Made by a program: the position numbers and the translations under genes. From positions 159,557-223,556 of the forward strand of contig RDEW01000037.1 of NCBI GenBank assembly GCA_011109175.1: a DNA stretch of 64,000 nucleotides. Direction: 5' to 3'. Position 1 is the stretch's first letter; each line of letters opens with the position of its first letter. Below are positions 1 through 11,560 of the stretch, in pieces. Under the pieces are notes generated by a model, which worked only from the letters and a program-made list of their open reading frames with translations, did no database searches and was not told the DNA's origin. The DNA is from Dicyema japonicum. Its lineage: Eukaryota > Animalia > Dicyemida.

Positions 1-452
1 AAGAAGGAATAGAATTCCTAATGAATAATATGCCAGAAAATGTTCCAGATTCAAAATATATATTAGATTATTTTGATAGAACATATGTTCGCGGTTATTA
101 TCGTTGCTTAAATGATCGAGAAAACCCCTTAGCTGTTAGAATACAGCACATTGCTCCATTGTTTCCTCCAAATTTATGGAATGTGTATGAAGCTACACTC
201 AAAAAGTCAAGTCCGTAATTTCGTTAACGGACTTGACTTTTTTTTCCGTTTTGCGCTAAATTTCGAAAATTTATAAGGGAAAAAATTTCAAAAATGGAAA
301 AAAAGTCAAGCGGAAAAAAGTCAAGTATTGAAAAAATTATTAAAAATTAAAAGATGCTAGTAGTATCACAAAAATGCGATATAAACTAAAAAAGACAACT
401 TGACTTTTTTTCCGCTTGACTTTTTTTCCACTTGACTTTTTCTCCTACAATC
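1..452 (+). mobile_element. MULE/Mutator-like DNA transposon remnant: C-terminal transposase fragment plus terminal inverted-repeat array
   Basis: ORF 21-218 has YFDRTYV...PLFPPNLWNVYEATL, typical of MULE transposase C-termini. 296-326 (GGAAAAAAAGTCAAGCGGAAAAAAAGTCAAG) is the exact reverse complement of 399-429; CTTGACTTTTT units recur at ~232 and 431; the element ends at TCCTACAATC (~452). Confidence 0.6.
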
Positions 453-2498
453 GTCTAACATGCGGCCCTCGAAAGGCATAGGTGGCTATAAAACACAAAA
501 AATCATTTTGTTATTTTTTACATTTAATTAAAATTACCTAGTATCGAGTATGGCTGTGCTGCATGGATTGCCTCCTTATCAATATCGGCGCAGAGGAAGC
601 TAGAGGTTTTACAAAATCGATGTCTCAGGATTCTATTGAGATCATCGAAAAAGACGTTCATTTCGTTACTGCGGAGAACACTAAACGTCCCCCAATCATG
701 GAATACCATACGGAACGTCATCAGGACATCCTCAAGATGCCAAAGTCCCTTGACCATCTTCTCGGATTGCACATCAGACTATATAGAAGCCTGCCCGAGA
801 TATGAGAAGAAACCTTCCCCGTTGTGGAGATTAATACAGGACTCCAAAACTAACCGCAGGAAAGGGACTGGTATGGACACCGTGATCACTTAATTAGACG
901 ATAACTTTTATCCTCTTTCTCGTGATTTTGGGGTTAATAAAATAAAAAATTAATAGTATTTGTAAATCGCTTAAAACAAAGAAACGGTGTTTGAACGATG
1001 AATGGAGAATGATTCAAGATAAATGGGAACTTTATTTTTATACAACAGTTTATGTAAAAATACTTGTTTGATATGTAACCAGTTTATCGCTATACCCAAA
1101 GAATACAGCCTAAAAAGACACTACCAATCTCTTCATCGATCATAAAATTATTTCGAAGGCATTTGTTGCTTATTAACCAAGATTGTTCAATTTGTGTTTC
1201 AAAGCTAAATGAATTGCGAAAGATTTTAACTACGTTACAGACTCATTTCACTAAAAAATCACAATCAAAGTACTGCATCAGTTACTGCAAGCTATGAAAT
1301 CAGCAAAATGCTTGCAGTGAATGGAAAATCATATTGCGATGGTGATTTTATCAAGCTATGACCTGTAAAAACAGCAAAAATTATTTGTCCAGACAACGCC
1401 CAATTGTTTACAGAAACATCGTTGCCAAACACATTAATGAAATGTCTTTGAATTTGAAACACCAATTAAAGTCTGAATTGTTAAAATTTGACTATTTTTT
1501 AATTGCGATCGATAAAACAGTCGAAGTTGTTAGAATTGCACAATTAGCAATCCTCGATCATGTGATTCAGATTTTAATATTTATGTAGAATTTCTCGAAC
1601 TGGTACCGATGCACGATACTATCACAAGTAAAGATATTTTTGTAAAACTGTCACAAATTCTCTTTGACCATGGGTTTGATTTAAAGAAGCTTGTATATTA
1701 GCGCTCCGATATGGTTGGACGACATGCTGGTGTTGCTGCCAAATTGCGTGCTGAAATAGAAAAGTTAAATCCCTGGTCATCATTTGTCACTTTCGTTGTA
1801 TTATTCATGAGCAAAATTTGTGCTCAAAGATTTAAAAAATACGATTAGTTTGGTCACGAAGACAGTAAATATATCAGAAATCATTCCCTCAATCATCGGC
1901 AGTTTACTAAACTGCTGATAGATATGAATAATCAGTTCAGCAACATTACTTTTTATGCTTAAATCTGCTGGTTATCACTTCAAAAAGTTGTAAAATTATT
2001 TTATTTGTTAAAAATAATTCTATTTATTGAAATGAAAGGCAAAAACACACACAAAATGAAAAGCAGATGAAAGCTTACAAATGAAACTATTAGAAATCTA
2101 ATCAGATTCTATTTAAAGCTAAATATTTGGAGGTTGGAATACCTGCTTTCTTTTCATATCCTTCTGGAAAGCTCTTTTATGAAATTGACAAAAACTGCTC
2201 AAAGAACAAGACTAACAGATGAAAATTTATCCGCTTTAATAAAAGTCGGAACTGCACAACTAGTTAAACCCGACATATCAAAAATTATATCCAAAAAAGA
2301 TAAAGTACCTCTCACCAAAATTAAAAAGTGGTGATTAAATAATTAAGTTTCTTTTATTTTTTTGTTTTTCGTCATAATAAAAAGTATTAAAAAAAAACCA
2401 GAACTAATCTTCCCTTGAGAAATTATTTTAAATGCAGTCCTCGAAGGGAAATTACTACAAAATGCGGCCCTTGAAATGAAATGAGTTTGACACCTCTG
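453..2498 (+). mobile_element. Decayed hAT (SPIN/Charlie, GTF2IRD2-like) transposon
   Basis: Fragments across frames: FDYFLIAIDKT...AQLAI (1358-1588), LELVPMHDT...KDIF, APDMVG...CIIHEQ, FMKLTKTAQRTRLTDENL (2134-2334). Right end ATGCGGCCC...GAGTTTGACACCTCTG (to 2498); a truncated left end GTCTAACATGCGGCCC starts at 453. Many stops and frameshifts. Confidence 0.8.
543..950 (+). mobile_element. 5'-truncated I/Jockey-like LINE 3' fragment nested in the hAT element
   Basis: The frame from 543 reads IEYGCAAWIASLSISAQRKLEVLQNRCLRILL, a typical post-RT LINE motif; stop at 893, then an A-rich tail at ~935-950. Confidence 0.7.
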
Positions 2499-2619
2499 GT
2501 CTAGAACAATTTCTATAATATTGGAACCCCACAATGGGACACTCTATAACCTGTATTATTTATCATCTATCTAAGTGCAGCTTTGAAAGATCTAAGAAAA
2601 CAAATTGGATGTCTGGACA

Positions 2620-3420
2620 ACTACTTTATGGATCTTATTTACAAAAGATCAGGAATGTCGATTTTGTCGCGGAAGATCGGGAATTTATAAACGTTATTAT
2701 GGAAAAAGCGAAAACAATTTTGAGTAAATGGCCACTCAAAGTCAATGAAGATAAAACTAAAGTAACCTCTATTGAAAGACAACCCGAATTGAGAAAAAGT
2801 GAAGGAACACCAGAAAACTCGGATCCTTACTTGGAGATTCAGAAGATATCATACGACAAAAGATATTGGTCACAATAGCATTTAAAAATTACAATTCAGT
2901 TTAATGAGAATCAAATTCCTACTAAGATGCGATTACGATTATATGATGGATTTGTCCGACCAGTCTTCATGTACAACACAGGTACTTGGGGAACATCAAG
3001 AAAGACACAACTCGACTGGTTTCACAAAGGCCAGCTAAGAAAACTCCTTATATTTTTGGCCAAAGAAAATCTCAAACAATTAATTATACAGACTGAATGA
3101 TTGTGGACCAATTAGTCTGAACGTACTTGAAGCTCACTGCGCCTTTTTGGACATTTTCTACTGGTGGGTAAAGCCGCCATGGAAAAATTTTTCGGCCATT
3201 CTTTATCTCCTGCATTCAGAGGATGTCCAAGAAGTTGTCTTCCAAGGACACTTGCGGAAGATCACGCAGTGATCGTAGGCAGACTGATGGATGCAGACGA
3301 TCTGAACAAAATCAGGAGGCGAGCACGACGACGAAAAAGATGGATAAGCTTAATAGTCGAAAAAAATGGCACAAGCGAAACCATAAACAGTGTTTACAGT
3401 AACGCGTATGTGCTTTAACT
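2620..3420 (+). mobile_element. RTE-like LINE 3' fragment (decayed)
   Basis: DVDFVAED...LSKWPLKVNEDKT, RLYDGFVRPVFMYNTGTWG, FRGCPRSCLPRTL...DL...R...RW: the same RT C-terminal pattern as the other RTE-like copies in the window. Confidence 0.7.
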
Positions 3421-3899
3421 AATTCATGCAATGACCAATGCGAAACGAGAAATCTAAGACATATTGTTTCTACAGTAATGGACAGAAGGCAAATACTAAA
3501 GAGGATTCCTTTACCATCTCAAAAGTCCTCCATGGAGAAGACGATCCCTGATTTAGTATCAACTAGGACCATTCGTTGTCCATAAAGAAACGCCGGCTGG
3601 ACAGCTGACTGTATGTATACTTACACTTCATTATATGGATAACATAATTCTTACCATTTTTAGACAATTCAACGTCATAACCACATGGATAATTTTTACT
3701 TGGGGGCACAGTGAAATTTCACTGATTTGAAGGGGATTGTAATATAATAACTGAATTTGTCTTTCAAATACCTCCCCTGTATTTTAGTAGTTGGAATTTA
3801 TTAGAATTAATTTTATATTCTTAGTTTGCAAGTTCATCCAGACATTTTCTCAAGTTGGAAATTTCCACATTGAGACAACTTTTTTACATTCTTTACACT

Positions 3900-4620
3900 C
3901 AATATTATCCTTTGATTGGTCATTTTCTTCAGATCAAACAAATTTATACTCTTTTAATATTTGGAGTTGAACTGCTATGAGCATCCACTCTCCTCTAAGA
4001 ATCAAATCCAGTATTTGTGACATAAATTTTCTGAGACACTCACAGACAACATCTTTGATAAAGAGAATGTAACTGGAGTAAGATTTCCAGTCATAATTAA
4101 TTCTTCTCTCTGTGACTATCCAGCCCCAGCGATGGTCGTCCTGCTTCCGAAGTATATGGAGAAACGTCATTGGGATCTGATCATTTTATGGTATAAGAAA
4201 AATGCAAAAAATAACAAGAAAACAATAGATTCTCATATAAATTTTCATCGAATTAGTTTGATTATCAAATCGCCTGATAGTGTAAGGTTGATAATCTCAT
4301 TTGGTATTCATAAATAATTTAAAACACGTGAATTTATTAGTTACTCTGATCTCACTACATACAGTAAGCCAGCTGCTATGAGGCGTCCAGCTGAGAGTGT
4401 TGAAGGTTCCCACAACTCTCTTAGTGACATTGGTGGTCTTGGTCTCAAATGGATTTGATTGATAATGTCACCAAACTAGTAAAAAGAGGAGCCAAAACTT
4501 AAATCCATCCAATGAACTGGCATGTTAAATCAGATTTGTGATTCTTGTGTAATCTCCATCGAGAATAGTTTTCGAATCGATTATTGGCGAAGGATGGCTG
4601 TTTAGTAGTGTGCTTATTTT
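3900..4620 (+). pseudogene. Decayed gene of uncertain identity (weak INTS9/CPSF2-like beta-CASP resemblance); paralogous to ~54500-55130
   Basis: Plus-strand peptides HKFSETLTDN...RFPVIINSSLCDYPAPAMVVL, DLIDNVTKLVKRGAKT and CDSCVISIENSF, with in-frame stops. Differences from the 54.9-kb copy fall largely at third codon positions, which fixes the coding strand as plus. Confidence 0.35.
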
Positions 4621-4959
4621 AACCAATGCATAATTTTAGTTAATAAATGAATCTTCGTCATGATGAGGAATTTGCTGTCTATGGCCATATAAACAATATG
4701 TCTGAGATTTGTTGTTTTTGGTTAAATCACTGCATGGATATACAAAATTCGTCAAGTCAGTAAGAAAATGTAAATTTTGCGTGAAATGTAATCTTCCATT
4801 GTAAAAATACAAGTTTCCCAATTTAGGCGGTTTACACGCAGGATACAAATAGTAAACGATCACATGTCGACATTTTCTGTTTTTTGATATTTGTAAATTT
4901 ATTTATTATTAACCCAAGAACACAAATAATTTAATTACTAAATTAATTAAGTAATCTCG

Positions 4960-5340
4960 AAGGCATTTCTCTTATTCTCCTCGTGAGCCTTCCGGGATCC
5001 AACGCAACTTCTCAGTGGGATGGTTTGGGGAATAGGAATTGGAGAGGGGTGATGTATACACTCTCATAAGACACGTCGTGGCTGTGTATTGTTGAGAGTT
5101 GCACTGCCTGCACATGGTTGCAAATCTTTTTTTATTTTGTCGGATACGGTCTTCAGTTGATGAGGGGATTCGTTTATCTTGTTTCCTGAGGTTACTAATA
5201 GTAGAGGCTGTTAAGGATTGAATGTCGCGGATTATTTGTCGTCCAGGACAGATTGATTCCCCATGACGCACAGACATAACTGACAGATGGCTCAATAAAT
5301 TGTTTGTACAATAATTTTAATGCTGGAAAAGGGTCTTAAT
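4960..5340 (-). mobile_element. I/Jockey-like LINE 3' fragment
   Basis: Minus strand reads LLYKQFIEPSVSYVCASWGINLSW, matching LYRQFIKPTIAYACASWGINLSW in the 42.9-kb LINE fragment. Confidence 0.6.
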
Positions 5341-5357
5341 GCCACCAAAAATAGATT

Positions 5358-5645
5358 TGATTATCCCTAACTTTCTTGAGCAGCTTCCAGAGATTCCGTC
5401 GACATGAGACGAAAAGGACGTGTGTGTCGAAGGTGATCCCCAAGATTTTCAGTTTTAATTTTTATTAATTATTTTAAATTTGAAAAGTTACTAGTTAATA
5501 CTGATTATCCCTAACTTTCTTGAGCAGCTTCCAGAGATTCCGTCGACATGAGACGAAAAGGACGTGTGTGTCGAAGGTGATCCCCAAGATTTTCAGTTTT
5601 AATTTTTATTAATTATTTTAAATTTGAAAAGTTACTAGTTAATAC
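5358..5645. repeat. Exact 144-bp tandem duplication
   Basis: 5358-5501 is repeated at 5502-5645. Confidence 0.95.
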
Positions 5646-5708
5646 AATTATTTATTTTTTTTTATTAAAATTAATTTAAAGTTCAAATCAAATTAATAAA
5701 TAAATGCT

Positions 5709-6433
5709 ATGAGAGGTGATAATTATTCAACAGAATCTGTAGGTTTTAGTAATCGCTAATATCAGTAGAAACGGAGCTGGCAAGTGAGTCCCATCCATTT
5801 ATCCATTCCACAGGAGTGTCTCTCATTGATAGGTAAGGTATTTTTGTTGAGATTCAGAGTTTATTCTAAAAGACTGAGAATAATCAATGATAAACTGCTG
5901 GAACTTGAATCAGGTGTGTCTGATGACTATGACAGAATATGTGAGTGTCTTCGTCAGAAGACTGACCGTCTGAAAAGCTACCTAATCTCGCGGAATGATC
6001 TAATTGTACATTTTGCTTTTATTTGAGGTAAAAATGGTGGAGAAAGATTTTGATGAGGAGATGATGCTGACTGAGAACGAATTTGAGGTTCCTGTGTCTG
6101 CATAACTTTTAGTCAAATAAGGCTGAGATCAAGTCGAAGATTATGGCAGAGATTCAGCTATCCAACAAAAAGTTTGTTAGCCACCAGCTAGAACTGGAGA
6201 TAAACGGTGAAGATTGTTAAATTACAGTAGACAGTCCCAAATCAAAGACTGACACGACTAGAATCCTCAGGAAGAGGGATGCTAGCTATCAGTTCACGGA
6301 AAGGCGGAAAAAAGCCATGGATATCTGCTACGTCGTGGCTGAGAGTGAGCAGTCTGTAGAACATGACTTGCATGTGATAGACAACATAATTAAAGCCAAC
6401 AACACAAATGATTTTGTTTACTATAATTTATAA
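5709..6433 (+). CDS. SUDS3: Sin3/HDAC complex subunit SDS3/BRMS1-family protein (micro-introns)
   Basis: Spliced: ...VYSKRLRIINDKLLELESGVSDDY...|VKMVEKDFDEEMMLTENEFE|SNKAEIKSKIMAEIQ...LEIN|VDSPKSKTDTTRILRKR...ERRKK...VEHDLHVI, which parallels the SUDS3 coiled coil and the TRKLRRR/DKRRK/EDL motifs. GT-AG introns of 21-30 nt; stop TAA at 6431-6433. 5' exon boundaries are less certain. Confidence 0.7.
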
Positions 6434-6434
6434 C

Positions 6435-8057
6435 TTAACTAAAATTCGCACCAAAAGTCATTTCTTTTCTTAGTTCGCTCCAATAATTCGTCTTTTGTTT
6501 ATAAATAGGCTTACTTCGGTTGCTCTTTGGACGAATGTTCCCTGTGAAGGCCAGCGGGTCGGACAAGTCAAATGTCTCCACGTTTTGGACTACATGTGGC
6601 TTATCCCTGTAGTCTGGATAGACAAGTTGATTGCAAGTTGGATTTTCTATAAGGAATTTCTTCCATTTTTTTTCTGTTCCTTGGTTGTTGGTAATTGGGG
6701 TACTTTTTGGTAGTAGAGATCTGGTCAAGTCCTTAATTTGGGGGGATGGTCGTATTGTCTTGAGTTTGGTCGGTTTTTGAGTCTCCTGTTGTCTGGGAGG
6801 TTTAACTTTTTTTTCAGTGTTGACTCCAATGCTAATATTGTCCACATGTTCTACTCCATTGGTCTGTGTCGAAATTTCCACTTCATTAGTTGTCTGAATT
6901 CCCACACTGCATCTAGAATAAAGGAATTTGGTACTTCAATCTCTTCTTTTTGGATCCAACTTTGACCTGTTTCTTTGGGATTTCATTTAGAACCTCAATT
7001 CTGCGAGTATTAATATATAAATTACGTTTTAGGAGGTTCTACGGGTGATAGAGGCCTAAGATAGCATTAACTACAATTACTCTGATGGCAACAATATTTG
7101 TTGAGGATCAACCTTCTCTTGGGTCGTTACAAACTGGTCGTCCCACATTTTAGCGTTGGAAGAGATCAGTTGCATAAAGTGGTTACGACTAAAGTGCATG
7201 CCTCTCCCCCTTTCTTCGAATTCATTTGCCAGAGCTCGCAGCTCTAAAATCTGTTCGTACCATCCGTTTGATTTCTTCTAAACGTGTTCATTAATAAACC
7301 TTTTTTTCTGTCTTGAAATCGGAAGGTGGTTTATAATTTGACTGGTACTCTGAAGTCTTTCCCCTTAATATCTTAATTTGAGTATCCATGGTGGATGATT
7401 TATCGGCTGGTTTCTATAGCAACAAACATGACAACTTTTTGACTTGAGACATGTCTAAAATTTAAAAGTTGAATTTAACCCTTGCTTCTTGTGTTATTTT
7501 CTTTTTCGAGACAAACTCAATTTCTTTGGGAGTCCAAGGTCTGTACTCTCGCTGATACTCTGACTTTTGCTAAAATTGTGTAATCTTAAATACCAATGGA
7601 ATAATTGTCGGTTTAGACTTCATTATTTTCTCCCCATCAAATGTCACCAAATTACTTGGTGGGTCAGTCTGAATGCATTTCGGAGCATAAAATTTATTTT
7701 GTTCAGTTTTTTGTTTTTTATTAGTCTTTTCTTTGGTTTTCCTTTTGACCAAGGTCTCTTTTTTCTCATTATCTTTATTATCTGCATGAATCACTGAATC
7801 AGTCTGATTGACCTGTACAACGTTTTCTTTCTCACAAATCGAAATTGTAGGTTTCTTATATAATTTGAGTGAAAACCTTAGATATGTATCTTCTAAGCTT
7901 GTAGAGAATACTATTAGAGAATTTGTCATTTTTTCCAATGACTGCGTATTCAAAGTTGTCGTTATTCCATGTCTCAGGTTGAATGACTCTTTTTTTGCGG
8001 TCGAATGATGGTTCTTAAGACATTAAATATTAATTTACCAAATTTTTGGTTAGACAT
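6435..8057 (-). CDS. MDM1: MDM1-like centriolar/microtubule-lumen protein (micro-introns)
   Basis: Spliced product has repeated SEYQREYRPW and SEYQSNYKPP motifs and WYEQILELRALANEFEERGRGMHFSRNHFMQLISSNAKMWD, matching the MDM1 block (W.AEVKELR...GTHFSRDHL.Q). Introns are 22-25 nt; one internal junction (~7400-7480) is unresolved. Confidence 0.7.
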
Positions 8058-8169
8058 ATCGGTAGTCCTGTTGCTACGATCTTAAGTTTATTTACTCAGT
8101 TTTAATTATTTATATTTTAATAGTTAATTTATAATAATAACTTATTAATTACAAAATCTTTTTATATAC

Positions 8170-8440
8170 GGATAATTTCCTGACGACCATTCTCCCTGAC
8201 CAAATCCTCTGATGAAGATTGCATTATGAAAACTATTCCCCTATAGAATGAAGAATGTCTGCGACGGTAGGACATGGGACAAAAATGGAAGAAAGCTATG
8301 ACTGTTTGTGCTGGGCTTACAATGGTACATGGTTCTCAACCATTTTAGAGCTCCCACCCCAAAATCTTTTTTCATAAACTCTCACACTCCAAGAACATTT
8401 TCAATTTATATTATTTTATCATTGAACCAAAAGTTTGCTA
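8170..8440. repeat. Dispersed repeat, homologous to ~47480-47906
   Basis: Shared blocks TTCTCCCTGACCAAATCC...TGAAGAT..CATTATGAAAACT and TGTGCTGG(G/A)CTTAC.A occur at both loci in the same orientation. Confidence 0.6.
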
Positions 8441-8496
8441 ATCTATAAAAAATAAAAAATTTAACAATCAAACACAATAAACTTCAAATTAACAAA

Positions 8497-8690
8497 AATA
8501 AGTGACTTGGAAAAGTATTTTATCTTAGAGGCTTCGCGTTTCCGCAGCAGTCTGAGGACAACACTGTCTGTAACCCTAGATGAAGATCTCAGGAGGATTG
8601 GAAAGTGCCTTAAAGATGGGGATGATCCATATATGCTACGGAATATGGCAACGAATCGAAAAAGATGGGCGATGTTAATTAGATTGTTAC
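8497..8690 (+). mobile_element. 3' segment of an RTE-like LINE (family B); partly repeated at 10502-10622
   Basis: Encodes EKYFILEASRFRSSLRTTLSVTLDEDLRRIGKCLKD...NRKRW. 8516-8617 aligns without gaps to 10521-10622 with scattered substitutions. Confidence 0.65.
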
Positions 8691-10506
8691 CTTTTTTGGT
8701 GAAGTGGTGACGTGTTTCTTTTCTGTACAATGGTTAAGAAAAATATCTAAAAAGCAGAAGATACAAGAGAATATGCTTGCTCTAAAGCTTCTTACGTTCA
8801 ATGCTAGATGAATATTTATGCCTCAATTAAGAAATATTCTCTGTGATGACTTAGAAAGATATACATTGGCTGTATACAAGAGACGAAAATTACCTACTAT
8901 CTCAAAGAAAACCATGGAAAATATCGACTAATATGCCTACCCAGTGACTCAAAACACTATGGTCTTAAATTCACCATTCACAGAAAACTATAATCTGACA
9001 TCAGTGGCATTTGGCGGGTGAATGACAGGATCTGCGTAATACAGATCCGTCTGAACAACCAACGTTCCCCCTAAAAATACACTAACAATTATAAATGTAT
9101 ATGCACCACACTATGAAGAGTGGCAAAAAACCAGACCGAACTGGATGAAGCATTATCAAAGACGTACAATGAATATGAGTCGTCCTCACTTATATTCATT
9201 GCTGGTGATCTAAATACGAAAATTGGAACAAAAAAGAAGTCAGAAGATACCTTCATGGGAAGACACAGACGTGGGAAAAGAAACTTGCCTGGGACTATAC
9301 TTGGCCATTTCTGCTCGGCAAACAAATTGTTCTTGTGCAACACTGCATTCTCTCATCGTGCATTCCAAATAACCACTTGGATGGGCGAACGAAGAAACCC
9401 AGAAGGAAAATTAGTCCCTATATACAACCAAATTGATTATATTATATGCCGGATCAATGACAAATACTCTCTTATAAACGCACGCTCATACGAAGGTTCA
9501 ACAACTGTCAGCAATCACAGAATGGTTATTGTCACCTTCAGCCTGGCGAAACATCAAACATAAGAAACATAATAACATTACAAACTATAATATTGAGAAT
9601 ACAAGAAATGGATACGCAACGGAAAAAATGATCTCTAATCCAGATAATCATAAATTACCAAAAATACATCTGCTCTTATATGAAGGACCTAACACTAAGA
9701 ATTTCATGGGATCGCACAAAAAATATAATAAACGAAGCAGCAAGCCAGTACCTCGGCACGTGGGAGATGACCAGTATGGGTCGGACGATACATACAGAAC
9801 TAGCAAAAAAGTTAAAAGAAATCCATACAAGAAAACTAAACGAAAAAGACTATAACAAGAGAAAAGCCTTTCAGGGGGAGAGAGACCAAATCCGTAGAAA
9901 AATCAGGAGACTGGACAAGACACTCCACCAAGAACTGCTTCGCAAAATCAATAAAGTAACCAAACTAAAAGATAATTCACAAATGTATATGGCCGTTAGT
10001 TTACTACGCTACACAAACCGGAAGGAATGAATAATCATCAAAGACAAAAATGTCAAGACATTACTAAATACTGAAGAGCAAGCGGAGGCAATTCCAACAC
10101 ATTTTGAGAAAATTTTCAATGTGACTACAGCAATCCCCCCATTCAAAAGAAAGCCAAGACCATTGAAAGAACCAGAGAAGGAAGATCAACTGCTGATGCA
10201 GTCTGGAGTCACATATAGAGATGTGCAACACATCAAAGATATTGCAATGCCATCACATTCTGGGAATGATCTATCAAAAGCCTTTGACTCGGTTAACAGG
10301 AACAAATTGATGACAGTGCTGGATGGGTTTATTGACGAATCGAGTCTAAGAATGATTCAAATCCTTCTATCTAACACAGAGCTACTTGTGAGAATTGGAA
10401 AAACCTACTCAAGAAAATTTGAAAGAAAATTTGGAGCAAGCTAACTTTTTATCTTATATTTTTTGCTGCACATGCGGGGCTCTCGTAAACGTGCTAATAA
10501 TAATAA
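8690..10506 (+). mobile_element. RTE-like APE-RT LINE family A, copy 1 (internally deleted, decayed)
   Basis: APE endonuclease (CIQETK, GDLN, NQIDYI, SNHRMV) then RT (DLSKAFDSV). A deletion at ~10420 jumps to the family 3' UTR, which ends in (TAA)n. Closely similar to the 58.8-62.3 kb copy. Confidence 0.85.
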
Positions 10507-10699
10507 GTCGCTTGGATGAATATTTTATCTTAGAGGCTTCGCGTTTCCGTGACCGGCCGAGGACACCACTGCCGGTTATCCTAGATGAAGAGCTCAGGAG
10601 GATTGGAAAGTGCCTTAAAGATTGCACGTGCTTTGTCATGATCTTGACATCGCGTATGTGCCTATAAAAATAATAACAAGTGGCTTTTTGTTCTTGTTT

Positions 10700-11560
10700 A
10701 TTTTTAATGATTTGGTCGAATCTTGGGAATTTGTTTCTAATTGCAATACAAATTTCATGTTTTGGATTCAAACAATTTCTGTATTTTTAATTGCCAAAAG
10801 AGAGCTGAATCCTGATTCACACAAATTTGCCATTGCAAATGGAACAAGTTCATATTCATTCTCTACCATCATATATTCACGTCCAGCTGCCGCCAACTAA
10901 ATTTTCAGCCAATTTTAACAATTTGTGGACGATCGCTTTTCGTTACGAGACATCCCAAAAATACTTGGAGACATTTTCGACTAACTCTGACTTTCTTAAA
11001 ATATGTGGAGGAACAATGCACAACGGCTTCTCGCAAAATTAACATACTGAAAGCTGTGTCAGGCCATTCTTTCGGTCAAATCAAAGAGAGGCTATCATAT
11101 ATAAATAATTCATTCGAACCACACTTATTTATTCAAGTCCTTGTTGGTCAACTTTTATCTCCCTCACTTCTTTCGACAAACTAAAAAAAGTCCAAAACAT
11201 CGTGATCAGAACAATTACCGGATGTCTCAAATCAACCCCTATTGATCATCTTCATAGGAAATTAAAAATTTTCCCCATTGCAGACCATACAGACCATCCC
11301 TGTCCTTCTCTATGCAAAATAAAAATTATTATGAAAACACAAACCTTTCTCGAATGCTATCATCCATCTCTTCCAGCCCCAATGTCCGGGATCGTCTAAA
11401 ACTGATAAATGATTTTGTTTCTAAGAGAACTATCCGAAAATAAAATACTACGTTGGCCCCCTCTTCAGATAAACCAATCATAATCTTCTCTTACGAGGGA
11501 CATCCAGATAAACCTGGCTCGTTTACGATGTGAGTACCACAGTCAAGAGCGGAGGCTCCC
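10700..11560 (+). mobile_element. I/Jockey-like LINE RT C-terminal fragment
   Basis: IRTITGCLKSTPIDHLHRKLKIFPIADH and nearby KYLGxTF-like remnants; many stops. Confidence 0.55.

Noticed and set aside
3934-4863. Minus-strand ORFs (3934-4170, 4636-4863) as a host gene
   Set aside because: Comparison with the 54.9-kb paralogue shows synonymous-type changes on the plus strand, so these are shadow ORFs.
5358-5645. Direct repeats as LTRs or a CRISPR-like array
   Set aside because: Each is an adjacent two-copy duplication without TG...CA ends, PBS/PPT, or regular repeat-spacer periodicity; no Cas-like ORFs are present.
8058-8080. RFX X-box upstream of the MDM1-like ciliary gene
   Set aside because: Only a half-site (TAGCAAC) is present, and no full X-box was found upstream of kintoun; too weak to call.
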